A stretch of DNA of 64,000 nucleotides from a virus, in the IMG/VR virus record IMGVR_UViG_3300023301_000006, positions 8,424 through 72,423 of that record; one strand, written 5' to 3'. Every line of letters starts with the position of its first letter. Positions within the stretch are counted from its first letter, which is position 1. Position numbers and translations under genes: made by a program. The notes below the pieces were generated by a model. The model saw nothing but the letters and a program-made list of their open reading frames with translations, was not told where the DNA came from and ran no database searches. Below, piece by piece: positions 1 to 11,890 of the stretch.

Positions 1-435
1 TATTATCTCATCAAAGCTATCTCCAAGTTCGAATAGTCTTTTGCTCCCTTTAAAAAACTCTCCCTTAAAAGTTGTCTTTAGTGTATAGGTTAAAACTGGG
101 ATTCCTCTCAGGTGTGCTATCCTATATAACTGTTCTACTTGTTCGCCACTTAGAAATTGAGACTCATCTATAATTATAACATCTGTTTCTATGTTCCTTT
201 GAATCCTTTGGTCTAATAACACTAATATATTGTCATGTTTTGTTATAGGTTCGGCAGGTGTACTACTACCCTCCAACCTAGACTGTATTTGGTTCGTTCC
301 TTCTCCTCTGTCACTGATGTCTAATTTTAAAGTCCAAACACTCTTATTTCTTCTTTTGTATTGGTAAACAACTCTTAATAAATCTAAAGTTTTACCAGCT
401 CCCATTGTCCCATGCTTGACATATAATTTTGACAT
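1..435 (-). CDS. tdk: thymidine kinase (runs off the window edge)
   Basis: Hand translation MSKLYVKHGTMGAGKTLDLL (P-loop) and later IIDESQFL; not in the ORF track. Confidence 0.85.
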   Translation of the reverse strand, partial: MSKLYVKHGTMGAGKTLDLLRVVYQYKRRNKSVWTLKLDISDRGEGTNQIQSRLEGSSTPAEPITKHDNILVLLDQRIQRNIETDVIIIDESQFLSGEQVEQLYRIAHLRGIPVLTYTLKTTFKGEFFKGSKRLFELGDSFDEII

Positions 436-606
436 TTAGTCCACTTTAAGTTTCTCTTTTAAATACGGACTTAAATCAATAGCTATCCATATTGGCAGAT
501 ATATTAAAATTATTTGCCACCAAGTAGCATCTGGGTAGTACATGCCACTCATTCTTGTCCAAACGATTGGTAATGCCATTATTAAAATGTAAAGTAATCT
601 TCTCAC
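436..606 (-). CDS. small membrane protein
   Basis: GTG start after GGAGG; MRRLLYILIMALPIVW...WWQIILIYLPIWIAIDL; stop abuts the tdk start. Confidence 0.6.
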   Translation of the reverse strand: MRRLLYILIMALPIVWTRMSGMYYPDATWWQIILIYLPIWIAIDLSPYLKEKLKVD

Positions 607-615
607 TTTGACCTC

Positions 616-879
616 CTATTTTTTATCCATTATATAAATACAAACCAATAAGAACAAAACCACTCCTATAAAATCAAAAGCCAAGTCTGGTAAAGAACTT
701 GTCCACCTCGAACCTTTGACGGTTATATCATATATTTCTTTTCCTATTCCTATCATTAAAGTTAAATTAAAACCATATCTAATTGCTCTTATTTTATCAT
801 ATTTGAGCAAAAGAACTCCTGATTGATAAATGGTATTGGCAATAATAAAACTACAAACTAAGTGTAAAATAGAACCCAT
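616..879 (-). CDS. small membrane protein (KEIYD...DL motif)
   Basis: ORF track; three hydrophobic segments; tight operon packing. Confidence 0.6.
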   Translation of the reverse strand: MGSILHLVCSFIIANTIYQSGVLLLKYDKIRAIRYGFNLTLMIGIGKEIYDITVKGSRWTSSLPDLAFDFIGVVLFLLVCIYIMDKK

Positions 880-880
880 A

Positions 881-1126
881 TTACATCATGTTCTCCTTCG
901 TTATACTTGCGATATTTTCTTGCATGTGACTTGAAACTTTAGCATATCCTTCGTCATTAACTTCTTCGGGAAATCCTCTAAATTCAACTCTAGCAGGGTA
1001 CACTTCTAATATCTCCCCATCTTCAACATCAAAGACAATAGCCCATCCGAATAGATGTAAAGTAGTATTTATGAACCAAAGCAAACCACTATCTTGAAAT
1101 TCTTTCCATTTTTTTCTTTTTATCAT
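881..1126 (-). CDS. hypothetical phage protein
   Basis: ORF track; start moved to the ATG after GGGAGG. Confidence 0.65.
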   Translation of the reverse strand: MIKRKKWKEFQDSGLLWFINTTLHLFGWAIVFDVEDGEILEVYPARVEFRGFPEEVNDEGYAKVSSHMQENIASITKENMM

Positions 1127-1139
1127 AGAACCTCCCATT

Positions 1140-1607
1140 TTAATCTGTGCTTCCTATTCCTCCAGCTCTCTCCTCTGTTACTTCTTCTTCATCGTCAACT
1201 GTTTTATAAGTCATAAATATTCCTTGTGCAATAGCGTCTCCAGCACTTATTGTCAATGGAACGTTACTCTCATTCCTCATCTTTAACCATATGTGACCTT
1301 CATTCGGTGAACCAATATAGTCTGCATCAATTACGGCAGTCGTATTAGCAAGTCTAACATAGTATTTAAACCCCAATGAACTTCTTGGCATAATGAGTAA
1401 AACCTCATCTTCTTCCATATCAACTTTTATTCCCGTAGGGAGTTTTATTTCGTCTCCGCTGTCTAGTATAAAATTATAAGGGGAGAAAAAATCATACCCC
1501 GCTGACATCTTCGTTCCTCTTTTAGGAATTTTTATATCTTCTCTACCCATTTCCTTCATGTCTTTGTCCATTTGGACTTGCGATATTCTATGAAACTTTC
1601 TACTCAT
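1140..1607 (-). CDS. dut: trimeric dUTPase
   Basis: Motifs SAGYDF, PRSSLG, VIDADY, IAQGIF, RAGGIGSTD. Confidence 0.92.
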   Translation of the reverse strand: MSRKFHRISQVQMDKDMKEMGREDIKIPKRGTKMSAGYDFFSPYNFILDSGDEIKLPTGIKVDMEEDEVLLIMPRSSLGFKYYVRLANTTAVIDADYIGSPNEGHIWLKMRNESNVPLTISAGDAIAQGIFMTYKTVDDEEEVTEERAGGIGSTD

Positions 1608-2268
1608 CGTCTTCCTCCTCTAAATCCTTTTCTCCTAGTATTATTTCATTAACTTCACAATCTTTTGAGTTCACATAGTAGATTTTACCGCCTACACTCA
1701 ATACATGTTCTTCTGTTAATTTTATAGCATTAATCAATTTGTCAACTGGAGGTGTATCTTCGTCCCAATTAAGCATTTTCATAACGGCTGTGCTATGGTA
1801 TTGACCACTACCAATTACATAGTAATCATTTTCTATAGGAACCATAGAGTAATCTCCACTCATAAGGTACATTTTATCTTTAAAAACTATTAATAATTCC
1901 CCATCAAAACGCTCCCCGTCTTTAGGACTATGCGTTGTAACAATTTCTATTACTTCCTTGAGTTCAAATTTTACCTGAGTGATAAATTCATAATCTCCTA
2001 AATTATTTTGAAATTCTTTATTAGCTCTCTCTAAAGCTCCTCTGACTTTCTCATTCCTTGTTTCTGACATTATCTTCGGCAAAAATTCATAATATTGTAA
2101 TTCAGACAAGCCCAATTCTCCCACCATTCCAATAAGTAAATTCCCATCCATGGTTGGGTTAACCTTGCATATATCTAATCTAGTATCTGTAAAAGAATTG
2201 CTAGCCATTGAATCACTAGCCATATGAATTACCCCTTCTTTATCTCTAATTGCTATTACTACACTCAT
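1600..2268 (-). CDS. proteasome-subunit/HslV-like Ntn-hydrolase
   Basis: N-terminal SVVIAI...MASDS, K near position 34, VIGSG motif. Confidence 0.55.
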   Translation of the reverse strand: MSVVIAIRDKEGVIHMASDSMASNSFTDTRLDICKVNPTMDGNLLIGMVGELGLSELQYYEFLPKIMSETRNEKVRGALERANKEFQNNLGDYEFITQVKFELKEVIEIVTTHSPKDGERFDGELLIVFKDKMYLMSGDYSMVPIENDYYVIGSGQYHSTAVMKMLNWDEDTPPVDKLINAIKLTEEHVLSVGGKIYYVNSKDCEVNEIILGEKDLEEEDDE

Positions 2269-2601
2269 TTATACTTTCCTTTCATATTCAATTATTTCTA
2301 CTGTGTAGGGTTCAACATAATAGAATTCTGGGTTTGTAGACTGTCCCTCTTGCATTTCCGTTAAAGGTTCATCATATTCCACTGCAACAAAGTAGTCATT
2401 TATCTTAAATATAGATTTTACTCTTGCATGCCATCTATGTTTTTCAACTTGTACGTCAACTATATACTCGAACTCTTCTGTACTGGCAAAATCCAACCTA
2501 TCTAAGGTACTAAAAACAATATCTTCGAAATATGAATCATAGTCAGTAGTCGAGCTTTGTAATTCCTTAAGCAATGTTCTTTCCTGCTCTGGTGTATACA
2601 T
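2269..2601 (-). CDS. hypothetical protein, paralog of 30402..30722
   Basis: Shared RW...SIF...LTExQ motifs. Confidence 0.7.
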   Translation of the reverse strand: MYTPEQERTLLKELQSSTTDYDSYFEDIVFSTLDRLDFASTEEFEYIVDVQVEKHRWHARVKSIFKINDYFVAVEYDEPLTEMQEGQSTNPEFYYVEPYTVEIIEYERKV

Positions 2602-2809
2602 TTTATCCTCCCCTTCATAAAAAAAATAGAAGTAAAAATACTCCTATTTAATTTTTATACCAATAGTTATTAAATAAATTCACAGATTTATCTCTTAACA
2701 AATATGCAATAATCATTTCTGAAAACATTTTCCCCTCCTCCTTTTTTTAAAGAGAAGTCTTTTTATCTTCTAAAATATATTGTATCACATATTACAATAT
2801 CTGTCAAGT

Positions 2810-5800
2810 TTATCTTACAGGACAGTGACCACTTTCACATCCTGCTCCATCGTCTATCTCGAAGTCCGAACCATCTTCATAATCTGATAGTAACTCTTCG
2901 TCGAACTTTGGAAGTTCTTGAACCATATTCTTGTATTCGTCTTCAGTTATACTCTCGAAAGGAAGTAACTCATAAAAGCTATCATCTAATGATAAGAAAG
3001 ATATTCCTACGAAACAATCCCAATTATCCCACAACCATTCCTCTACTAAGTCCCATTCATCTTTTCTAACATGGACAGTAATACTAGCATTATGGTCTAC
3101 GAATTCTTCCATTAATAATTTGTACTCATCCAATTGTTCAATTGCACCTACGTCGTACTTAGTCCTACCCTTTGGAGCTTTAACAGGAAATTCAAATACT
3201 TTCGTAGAATGCTCTTCTCTAGTTTGTCCTACTTCTGGCTTCCATTCGAATCCGGAGTCTATCATAGACATCGCAACAGGGTCTTTAGCTGATACTCTAA
3301 CTCTTCTTATATAAAAAGGACTATGTGACCAATGAATACCCGAAGAAGCACTGTTAGGTAATATTGAAACTGTTCCTGCTGGTTGTGCTGTTGTTACTAA
3401 TTCTGCTTTTGTTACATTATATTTCTTAGCTAATTCTTCATTCATGTTGTTTGCAACACTTCTCATGAATTTCAACAGCTTTTTCTTTTCATCTTGACTA
3501 ATATTTCCTTTGTTTATAAAGTCTTGATATCCAGTCATTGAAACGCCAATTATTCTATCTTCTCTTGCAACATCATCCCACTCCAGTAAGTCCAACTCTT
3601 GTAGACTAATAATGAATGCTATATAAGTTGCCCATTCTACTGATTGCTCTAATTCATCATATAATATCCCTCCTGATTCGTCTAAGAAAGATAACATGGA
3701 TATAATGGTTAAATTACAATGTTGTTTCGATTTTAAAAGTATTTCCGCACCTTACCACACTTACTTTCATAAGCCAACTTTAAGTTGTTGTAGTCTGGAC
3801 TATACCATATTACATTTAAGTAATGAGATATTATAGTCTCTGAACATCCCCTATAAAATAAGGTTTTGATGCTGATTGTCCAATTCATACAATTTTTAAC
3901 ATTCGCGTTTATAGTTTCCTATTACGCTGTAGTTTGTATGACTCTAAGGAGTTTCCAGCAGTTTAATCTCTTTTAAATCCACATGTTTGGTCTATGGATT
4001 AAGTCCTTCTGCGTCTGGTTTTCTTCTTTGAATCTCTTCTAGATTAGCTATTCCCACTTATATTAATCATAGACGCTATTCATATGACCAGTCCTTAAAA
4101 TGTAATAGGGACTGCTATATATTTCTATATAGGTTAGACTATATCATGACTCATTTGAGTCTCTTCCGCTTCGAATACCAATAACTTGTATTCTACTCCT
4201 TTTCAGGATAGTCGTTGAACTTTAACAGTGTTGGAAGTTACATGTAACACTATTCTTAGCTGCTGATTGTCTTTGCCATTACGCAGTAAGAGTTTCCAGC
4301 AATTCAAAAGATTTATAGAACCCAGTTTTTACTTTAGGCTCTCCAGAAACTTTCATAGTTTGAACATGCTCGTGTAAAGCCTCTCTTGCAGGTTTTTTCT
4401 TATACAGTACAGTGTTATTGCTCATTTGTCTATGTTTTATATCTGTGTCTATTTGCCATTTACCATTAACTTCTGTATATAAGTTAGTCTTTGCATTTCT
4501 TGTTTCGTAATCGTCAGCAGACACTAAGGCAATTTCAGCTGCTCTCCTTACCATTTATATTCGAACATGTTCGTTAGGCATATCCCGTTCTCCTATGAAC
4601 TGCTATATGTTGCCATATAGATTAGACTATATCTTCACTCTTATACATTTAAGCAAAAGAGGTTTCCTGTTTCCACTCACTTGAGTGTACGTCTTTCGAC
4701 TAGTCGTTGCACCTTTTATAATTAATCTTCTTTTTATTTTTTTTACCAATCTTCCTTACAGAAGATTAATTATAACTTGGCTCAGAATTGTCTTAAGATA
4801 CACTTAAGAGTTTCTCTGAATTTAAGAAATGTTTTTTTGTGTTGGAGGCATAAAATTTACCACCAACAACTATTGCTTCTGCTATTAAGCCATTAATATC
4901 TAACATATCAATAGGCTTTAGCTTAACTCTATGTCTGGTTATCTTACCACCGTTAGAATTTTTAATAATTCTGTCTATTCCACTAAAAGACTCTTTTAAA
5001 GGTATATGACCACTTGCTGTGCCACCAAATGTCTTTAGGACCTCTCCCGCAGGACGAACATTATCATAGTTGAATAAGATAGTTTTTATTAAACCATCAC
5101 TTGAACTAGCTTTGTAGTTGACTAAAAACTCTAAATAAATCTTTAATGATTCAGTCCAACCTCTTTTAGAATCTCCAACTACAATCTCTAGTATAGAATT
5201 ATTACTTAATGTCGTTGTTGTTAACTCTTGTCTAGCTAGTCTTGGAACAGGCTGATAGTCCTTGTGAATTATTTCTATGTCTTGTCTTACTGGTTGTATC
5301 TTTTCAACGTCTTCTTTCAGTATTCTATATCCGACACCACTACCCAACATTAATAAGTACATTGCGTCAACTAGGTTAAATATATCGTCCATTGTGACAT
5401 AACTACAATTAAAAGCACTTTGGAAATTTCTTTTAATGGATTCTGTCCCACCCGTATATCTGATTCTGCCAGAAGAAAATACTTTGAAATTGTACATCAA
5501 GTCAAATAATTCTTCTGCTTTCTCAGAGTCACCTTTGGGGTCTAACTCTATCATATAGTCCACAACTCTTGCGTTCATTTCCAACCAAGTTTCTCGTCTA
5601 TTTATGCCTTTAATAAATCTAGAGTATGTTCTATAGAAAGTAAATTTTGATAACTCTGAGTCAAATGGATTTGGGTCTCTAGCATAATCTCTTAAAAACT
5701 CTTTGTTCAAATATTTAAATTTCTTGTAAGGGTGCCACCTCTCCCTTATCTGTTTGTGCTTTTCTCTATATAATATAAAAGCTTTTACTACTTTGCCTTG

Positions 5801-6034
5801 GTCTGCGTGTACTAATTCAGACTCAACCATATCCTGTACTTGTTCTATTGTGAAACTTTTACCCATAAAATCTTCATGATGTTTAGCTTCTTCTTCTATA
5901 GTTCTTCCTATATCCGAACACAGCTTCATATCAAGTTCTACGTCTTTGACATCTGAAAAGGCTGAGGCTATAGCATTAATAACCTTGTCTTTCTGAAATT
6001 CTTCTTCACTTCCATCTCTTTTAATAATAAACAT
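2810..6034 (-). CDS. nrdJ: class II (B12-dependent) ribonucleotide reductase with ATP cone, 4 exons, 797 aa spliced
   Basis: Exons 6034-4859, 4551-4336, 4054-3994, 3750-2810; joins restore IVVGG|VRRAAEI, SGEP|GIAN, GLNP-C-AEI; also FNCSY, QPAGTVS and C-terminal CESGHCPVR. Confidence 0.9.
3751..3993 (-). mobile_element. group I intron 3 of nrdJ (243 nt), splitting the Cys codon of NPC
   Basis: AAT CCA T|...G|GT GCG GAA; core TCAGAGACTA ... GGTATAGTCC. Confidence 0.9.
4055..4335 (-). mobile_element. group I intron 2 of nrdJ (281 nt, no ORF)
   Basis: U|...G boundaries; P1 GAGCCT/GGGTTC; core TCAACGACTATC ... ATGATATAGTCT. Confidence 0.9.
4552..4858 (-). mobile_element. group I intron 1 of nrdJ (307 nt, no ORF)
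   Basis: Exon ends in U, intron ends in G; P1 GTTGGTGGT/GCCTCCAAC; core ACGACTAG ... AAGATATAGTCT. Confidence 0.9.
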
Positions 6035-6100
6035 ATATCACTCCTTTATTCTTTTACCGTGTAAACTCTATTATACCATAGATTTTTATTGTTGTCAAGT

Positions 6101-6625
6101 TTACGCGAAAAGACTTTCCATTACCATATCTATCTTTTGATATAATTCTTCTTTTGTTGTGTCATTAGATATGTCAATCATTTCTTTGTTTTCCGCTCCT
6201 CTTTCTGATTCATGGTCAAATCTATTTATATCGCATGAACCATCTCTGTTTTTTACTCTTTGTTCTGCTAAGTCTAATGAAGCAGAAATTCTAATAGGTA
6301 AAAAGTTATTTTTTAATCCCCAAAGATATTCATTCTCTTGTCTTAAGTCTGATATAACTAACTTATCTGTTCCTACTAATTTTTCTATATCTTTTATCTT
6401 TCTCTCCATTTCATTTATCCAAACATCTTGGTCTAAAGAACGAAATCCCTCTCCTATAGATTGTAACAATACCCTATCTTTATCTTTCATATCGAAGTAC
6501 TGATTAGCTATCGTATAAATAGCTCCAGCAAAAGAAACTTTGGTATATCCATACTTATTAACTAAATAGTCTGCTACTGTATCTTTACCACATCCTGGGC
6601 TAGGTGAACTTAACATTATTTTCAT
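6101..6625 (-). CDS. deoxynucleoside monophosphate kinase
   Basis: PGCGKDTVADYL, RVLLQSIGE, VISDLRQENE, HESE. Confidence 0.85.
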   Translation of the reverse strand: MKIMLSSPSPGCGKDTVADYLVNKYGYTKVSFAGAIYTIANQYFDMKDKDRVLLQSIGEGFRSLDQDVWINEMERKIKDIEKLVGTDKLVISDLRQENEYLWGLKNNFLPIRISASLDLAEQRVKNRDGSCDINRFDHESERGAENKEMIDISNDTTKEELYQKIDMVMESLFA

Positions 6626-6628
6626 ACT

Positions 6629-7114
6629 TTACTCTCCTATCCTTTTTAAATCATCAATCTGATAAGCCTCGTCATCTCCTTCTACATATACTAAGTTGCC
6701 AAGTCTAGCAAAAACTTTTAAAACCGTATTTGCCGAATACTTTTCCGTACTCTCTCTAAAAACAACAGAGTCTCCTATATTTATTCTCATATGGCTCCCC
6801 CTCTCACTTTTCATCAACTCAATGAATGAGAAACTTCCGATGCTACTTCTTTCATAAGTTTTTACAAAAGATGCTATAAAAGCTTTACTAACTTTCTTAA
6901 TTTCTACCGCACTTGGCGGAACGTCTATTATAAATTCTTTGTTCGAAGAAAGTAGACTTAGTGCAAATGTTAAGTTCAATTCGTTGTCTCCAAAATCAAA
7001 GAAATCATCCACTTCCTTCTTTTCTTCTTCTGTTATTAATTCAGTGCAGAAAAAATTGACTTTCTTTCCACATAGAATTTCTAATTCAAATGTTAATAAA
7101 TTACTATAATTCAT
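6629..7114 (-). CDS. hypothetical protein
   Basis: ORF track; start moved to the ATG after AGGAGG; own promoter at about 7150-7180. Confidence 0.65.
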   Translation of the reverse strand: MNYSNLLTFELEILCGKKVNFFCTELITEEEKKEVDDFFDFGDNELNLTFALSLLSSNKEFIIDVPPSAVEIKKVSKAFIASFVKTYERSSIGSFSFIELMKSERGSHMRINIGDSVVFRESTEKYSANTVLKVFARLGNLVYVEGDDEAYQIDDLKRIGE

Positions 7115-7196
7115 ATATTTCCTCCTATTTGTATTTTCTATCCTAATTATATTATACCATTTAAGTAAAAGAAAGTCAAGGTTTTTCTTACAAAAG

Positions 7197-10100
7197 TTAA
7201 CTATGTTTCTCACTTCTCATTTCTAATTTTCCATCGTCTGTTATTTTTTCAATTAAGTAAACTAAACTTTGCTTTGTCCTGGAATAATCTTTCCCCCTAA
7301 AAGTGGTTTCGCTCGACCTATATCCAGTAATCATAATTTTGTTGCCCCTACTAAAAAAACTACTATCTATAATAGAGCTATTCTTTTTGACTTGTCTATC
7401 GTAGTACGCAAAATCAGAACCTTTAAACTTTACAGTAACGACTCCACTCCTAGTTAATATTTGAGTCATATGTTTATTCTTATTTCTGCTAAGGCAAGTT
7501 CCAATTATCGTTGATAAGTGAAATACTGGGTACTTGTCTTTCCAATAAAACTTCACAGGTTTTATTTTTAAGTCTTTAAATTTATCCACGAATGGATAAT
7601 ATTCATAGTCTATATAGTCTAATTCATTGTCTGTGGCATAATAGGATATAGAATCCATTTCCCATTTACCTATTGTTCCTTCAGTATAGTGGGACGCTTC
7701 TTCCACTATTATGATTTTATTGTACTCTTTTAAAAGTTCTTTTTCATTCTCTTTAATAAATTTTCTTAACTTATCTGCATCTTTCTCATAAGTAGACTCG
7801 AAAACTGATGACTCTACTAAATATTTGTCTTTCTTGTAAACAACTTTTAACTCTGGGTGTTCTACATTTAAAAATTCAATCATCATTTCTTGTAATGGAA
7901 AATATTTTTTGTCATCTACCTTTATTTCTTCGTTTGAACGTAGTATTTTTCTTAAGTACCACATTATTGAGCTATTCTTAACTTTTGTATTACTAAAAAA
8001 TTTAGCATCAAATAGTCCAGCCATATTCCTTAAAGACAAGGAAGTTTTTACCTTTGCTTTTCCAGCAATATAATCCATTAATAATTCTCTTCTGTCTTTT
8101 TCTTCAATGTTCCTGAAGGCATTTGACTTAATCAAGGATATATTTTTCCTCTTTGACGGTTTTATTCTTTTATAAAAGTCTCCATAGCTAGTGTATGGTC
8201 TACTCTCTACTATTTCAGTAACAAGGTCATCACCAACGTAAGACATTCCTTTTAGTCCGAATAATATAACTCCTCCATCAAAGTCTGGGGTAAATACATA
8301 TCCAGATTTATTGATGTCTGGAGGTGCTATTGTTATTCCAACTTGCTCCATATTACTAATTGCCACAGCTACTTTACCATAGTTAGAAGATGTGTTCTTA
8401 TCTCCATCTTGGTCTATTGCACCACTTTCAACTGTTAAACAAGCTGAATTCCAAGCTAAGTCATTATACTCATATGTTAAGTTTAAAATTTGCAAAGCTA
8501 TCATAGAATAAGGTAAGGTATGATTCCGACTAAAACTATCATGTTGTTCCCACATTTTTGTGGGCATGGACTAACTCTTTAAAGTTTAATATCTCTCTAA
8601 TAAGGTATTAAACTTTATCCACTGTTTGGAGAATAGGAATTTCACCTAAACTCTACTTCCCTTGCGGGAATAGTCTCTACACTCGCTTTCGCTAGCACGG
8701 GATTGTCATATCCATAAATGGACTTAGATTTCCCCGTTAGCACTAAATTAATAGTACACCCTATATTTATAGGTTAAGTGGAATGGGCAATTTTATTTAC
8801 CCAAGTTGAGGAACTACACAATGATGCCATACGTAATTTATTATTTCCTCTCTTGCTCCAGTTCTTTCCTTCGCTTTATCGAAGTAATCTTCTTTTAACT
8901 TATCTATTAATTTAGCTTTCTTCTTTGCTATGGCTTTTCTAGCCTTATGTGCCTCTACAACAGTAAAGCCAGATATGGATTCGTCCATTAGGATTTCCAT
9001 AATGTCTTCTTGTGTAGCCGCAATGCCGTAACTTTTATCTAAGTGTTTCTTCATTGTCATTATCTCATCTTCGTTTAAGCCTTGTAGGTGCATTTCTTCA
9101 TACCAAAGACTTATATCCTTTCTAAACTTAATAAACTTATCTAATGGTTGAATACTTCCTCCACTAGATGATAATCTCATTAATGAGTTTGCTGTTGCCA
9201 TCTCCACCAATGAATGAGGTGCTACTTCTCTTATGGCTTTAGAACCCACCATTGTATCAAATTGGAATAGAGAAACAATTTCACCTTTCGCAGCTTTGTC
9301 CCACATTTCTAAGTTGTCATACTCAAGGACAGCAGGAGATAAATACTTATCATAAGTCTCCCTTAGTGTTTCTTGTCTTTCCATCGCACCGTTGGTGATT
9401 AAATGATTCATAGTTATTCTAATTTTATCTAGAATCTTTACAGTTAAGAAGTCAAATTTGACTCCTCCCATATACATCTTTATCCTATGTTTCCACAGGG
9501 ACGGACTATTTCATGTTCTATTTTAAAATAGAACTCTTGCACTTCGACTGGGACAATATCCAGTCTACGCCTCTCGGCTAGTCTCTACATCTTTCTCTTG
9601 CTTCAATAATAGTTTTTATAAAGTTCTGAGGTTTTAAAAGCCCTATAAAGTTGGGAATGCCCCTTTAAATTTAAGTCTCTTAGGACTAAAGTTACTGAGT
9701 CATATACCTCAACTAGATTCCAATTGATATCATATTTGTAAACTTTTTTAGAACTTGTTGCACCGACATCAACTTTACCAATATTAGAACCAACAACTCC
9801 TTTTTTAGATTCACTTATTTTTTATTGTTATTTACACTATTATTAAAACTTAAGACTTGACACGAGATTGCCATATTGCCGAAGCAACTTAGGTTTCCTC
9901 GTTAGCTTAACCCCTTTAATAAGGATTAAACACCCTTTTTGTCGTAAGGTTCACAAAATTTACTATAACTCTCACAAGTTATAGGGACTATATAATTAAT
10001 CCGAATCTGACATGTCAAACTGAGTTGTAGGAACATCACTCGGAGACATCATCAAAGCATTCCTTTTATAATAAGGTTCATTATATATATAGATACCAGA

Positions 10101-11810
10101 GGCATGTATGCTTCTCTTGTCTATAATTCCCTCGAATGCTAATATCGTCTCCTGTAATTTTTTATCTTCATATTCTTCCAACTTAGACAAAAACTCTTGT
10201 TGAACTCCTCTTTCCTTTTCTCTATTGCCGAATATAACGTCTGCCAATGGTCAGTTAGCACCCCTCTCTTCTGGAACCAATCCAGTTAAATATAATGCTT
10301 CTGACTCCTCGATACCTAAACCACGACAAGCAGATGTTATACTACTCCTAGAGCCAATTGTTCCAAAGGTGGCTATGTTTAATACTCTATCTTCTCCAAA
10401 CTCTACATTTAAAGCCTTAAGTATTTGACCTCTCTGTGACTTTTGTGAGTCCAAGTCAATGTCCATAATGTCTGGTCTGTCTTTGTGGAGAAACCTCCAC
10501 CAAGGAATGTCCCATTTTAAAGGGTTTATTTGTATTATGTCTATCAAGTAATTTATTAATAATCCTGTTGCTGAACCCCTTGAAGGTCCTACAAGACTGT
10601 CTCCCTCTTCCCACATTATTTCAACTAATCTCTTTGTTGTCAATAAATAATTAGCCATATTCTTACCAATTCTCTCACTCGTTCCTAGTATATGTTCTAA
10701 TTCTACATCCACTCTTTGTAGTACTTCTTCTGTTGGTTCAATATCTTTTTTACTCTTTATTCCTCTTAACGTATGATAAATTAGAGCCTTATCATATCTG
10801 TCCTGGCTATTTAAGTATCTAGTAATATATTTGTACCCCTTAAACATTTCTTTTGTCTTAGAGTCAAATTCATGGTCCTCAACTGGAACTTTGGTTATAT
10901 CCACTGATTGAGCCAGACTAATATTCTGACATTGCTCTCCTATAATCAATGTATTTCTAAAGCATTCGTCTATTTCTTCTTCTGGAATGTGATTGTGCAT
11001 TATTTCCTTTATTTCTTTTTCTGACATCATATAGGTAAAACCATAAAAGGCATCGACCTCTCTCTCTCCTTCTTGAGATTGTAAAAAAGCTCTGTGAATA
11101 CTTCTATCTTCTTTTGACAGATAATGGGAGTCAGTAGTTATTATACTCTTAATGTCTTTCGAATCCCCTATTGATTTTATCATTCTATTCACCATAGTTT
11201 GTTCTTCTGATGTTGATGGTTGTAATTCAAAAAAGAAGTTGTCTTTCTCAAAAGCATTGATACACCATTCGATAAACTTCTTAATCCTATCTTGAGCTAC
11301 TGATTTTTCTATCTCACCATTATACATCCCCATTAAAGTATTAGGCAGAAAACCACCTAAACAAGCTGTTGTAGCCATTAAGTGACCTCTGTTTGTACTA
11401 ATAATTTCTTCTATTTGGGAATAAGTTATTGGAACTCTTCTCATTCCTCTATCATAGTAAGAATTGGTCCAAGCTTGAGACGATATCTTTTTTAATTGCT
11501 CATAACCGATTTCATCTTTCGCTATTAATATAAAATGATAATACTGTTGATTGTTCCCTAGTGAATCTACTAAATATATTTCGTCTCCAAAAGCCACAGT
11601 AAAGTTTTCATCTATAACTCCTTCTTCTACTAATTTGGTTCTATATTTGTCTGCTTTCACATGTGAGCTTAATACCTCATGGTCTGTTATTGCTAAACCA
11701 CTTAATCCTAGCTCTATTGCCCTATCTATTAAGTCTGTAACTTTATTTGTAGAGTCTGCTAGTCTTAAGTTAGAATAATCTGTATGATTGTGTGAAGAAA
11801 AATAATTCAC
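7197..11810 (-). CDS. dnaE: DNA polymerase III alpha (DnaE-type), 3 exons, one in-frame TGA, 1276 aa
   Basis: PHP motifs HNHTDYS, AITDH; GPSRGSA, DIDLD; exons 11810-9999, 9474-8799, 8539-7197; joins DSD|YMGGVKFDFL and QLG-Y-SFSRNH; TGA at 10251 in ERGAN*PLADV. Confidence 0.9.
8540..8798 (-). mobile_element. group I intron 2 of dnaE (259 nt, no ORF)
   Basis: GGG T|AAA...ATG|AT AGT; core GTAGAGACTA ... AAGAGTTAGTCC. Confidence 0.9.
9475..9998 (-). mobile_element. group I intron 1 of dnaE (524 nt) with a homing-endonuclease remnant
   Basis: GAT|TAA...ATG|TAT boundaries; core GTAGAGACTAG ... GAAATAGTCC. Confidence 0.88.
9564..9821 (-). pseudogene. C-terminal remnant of an intron homing endonuclease (NUMOD3/NUMOD1-like DNA-binding modules)
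   Basis: Frame reads KISESKKG...KKVYKYDINWNLVEVYDSV...YKNYY*SK; no start codon and no catalytic domain. Confidence 0.65.
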
Positions 11811-11890
11811 TTATACCTCCTTTTCTTTTTTTTCTTATCTTATATATACATTATACCATTATTTTATAATTTTTACAATATCTTTTTTTC

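Noticed and set aside
4793-4858. ORF-track tails and heads such as KFYASNTKK..., MPTKMWEQHD and VFTPLNFL...
   Set aside because: These are intron sequence read in frame, not part of the spliced proteins.
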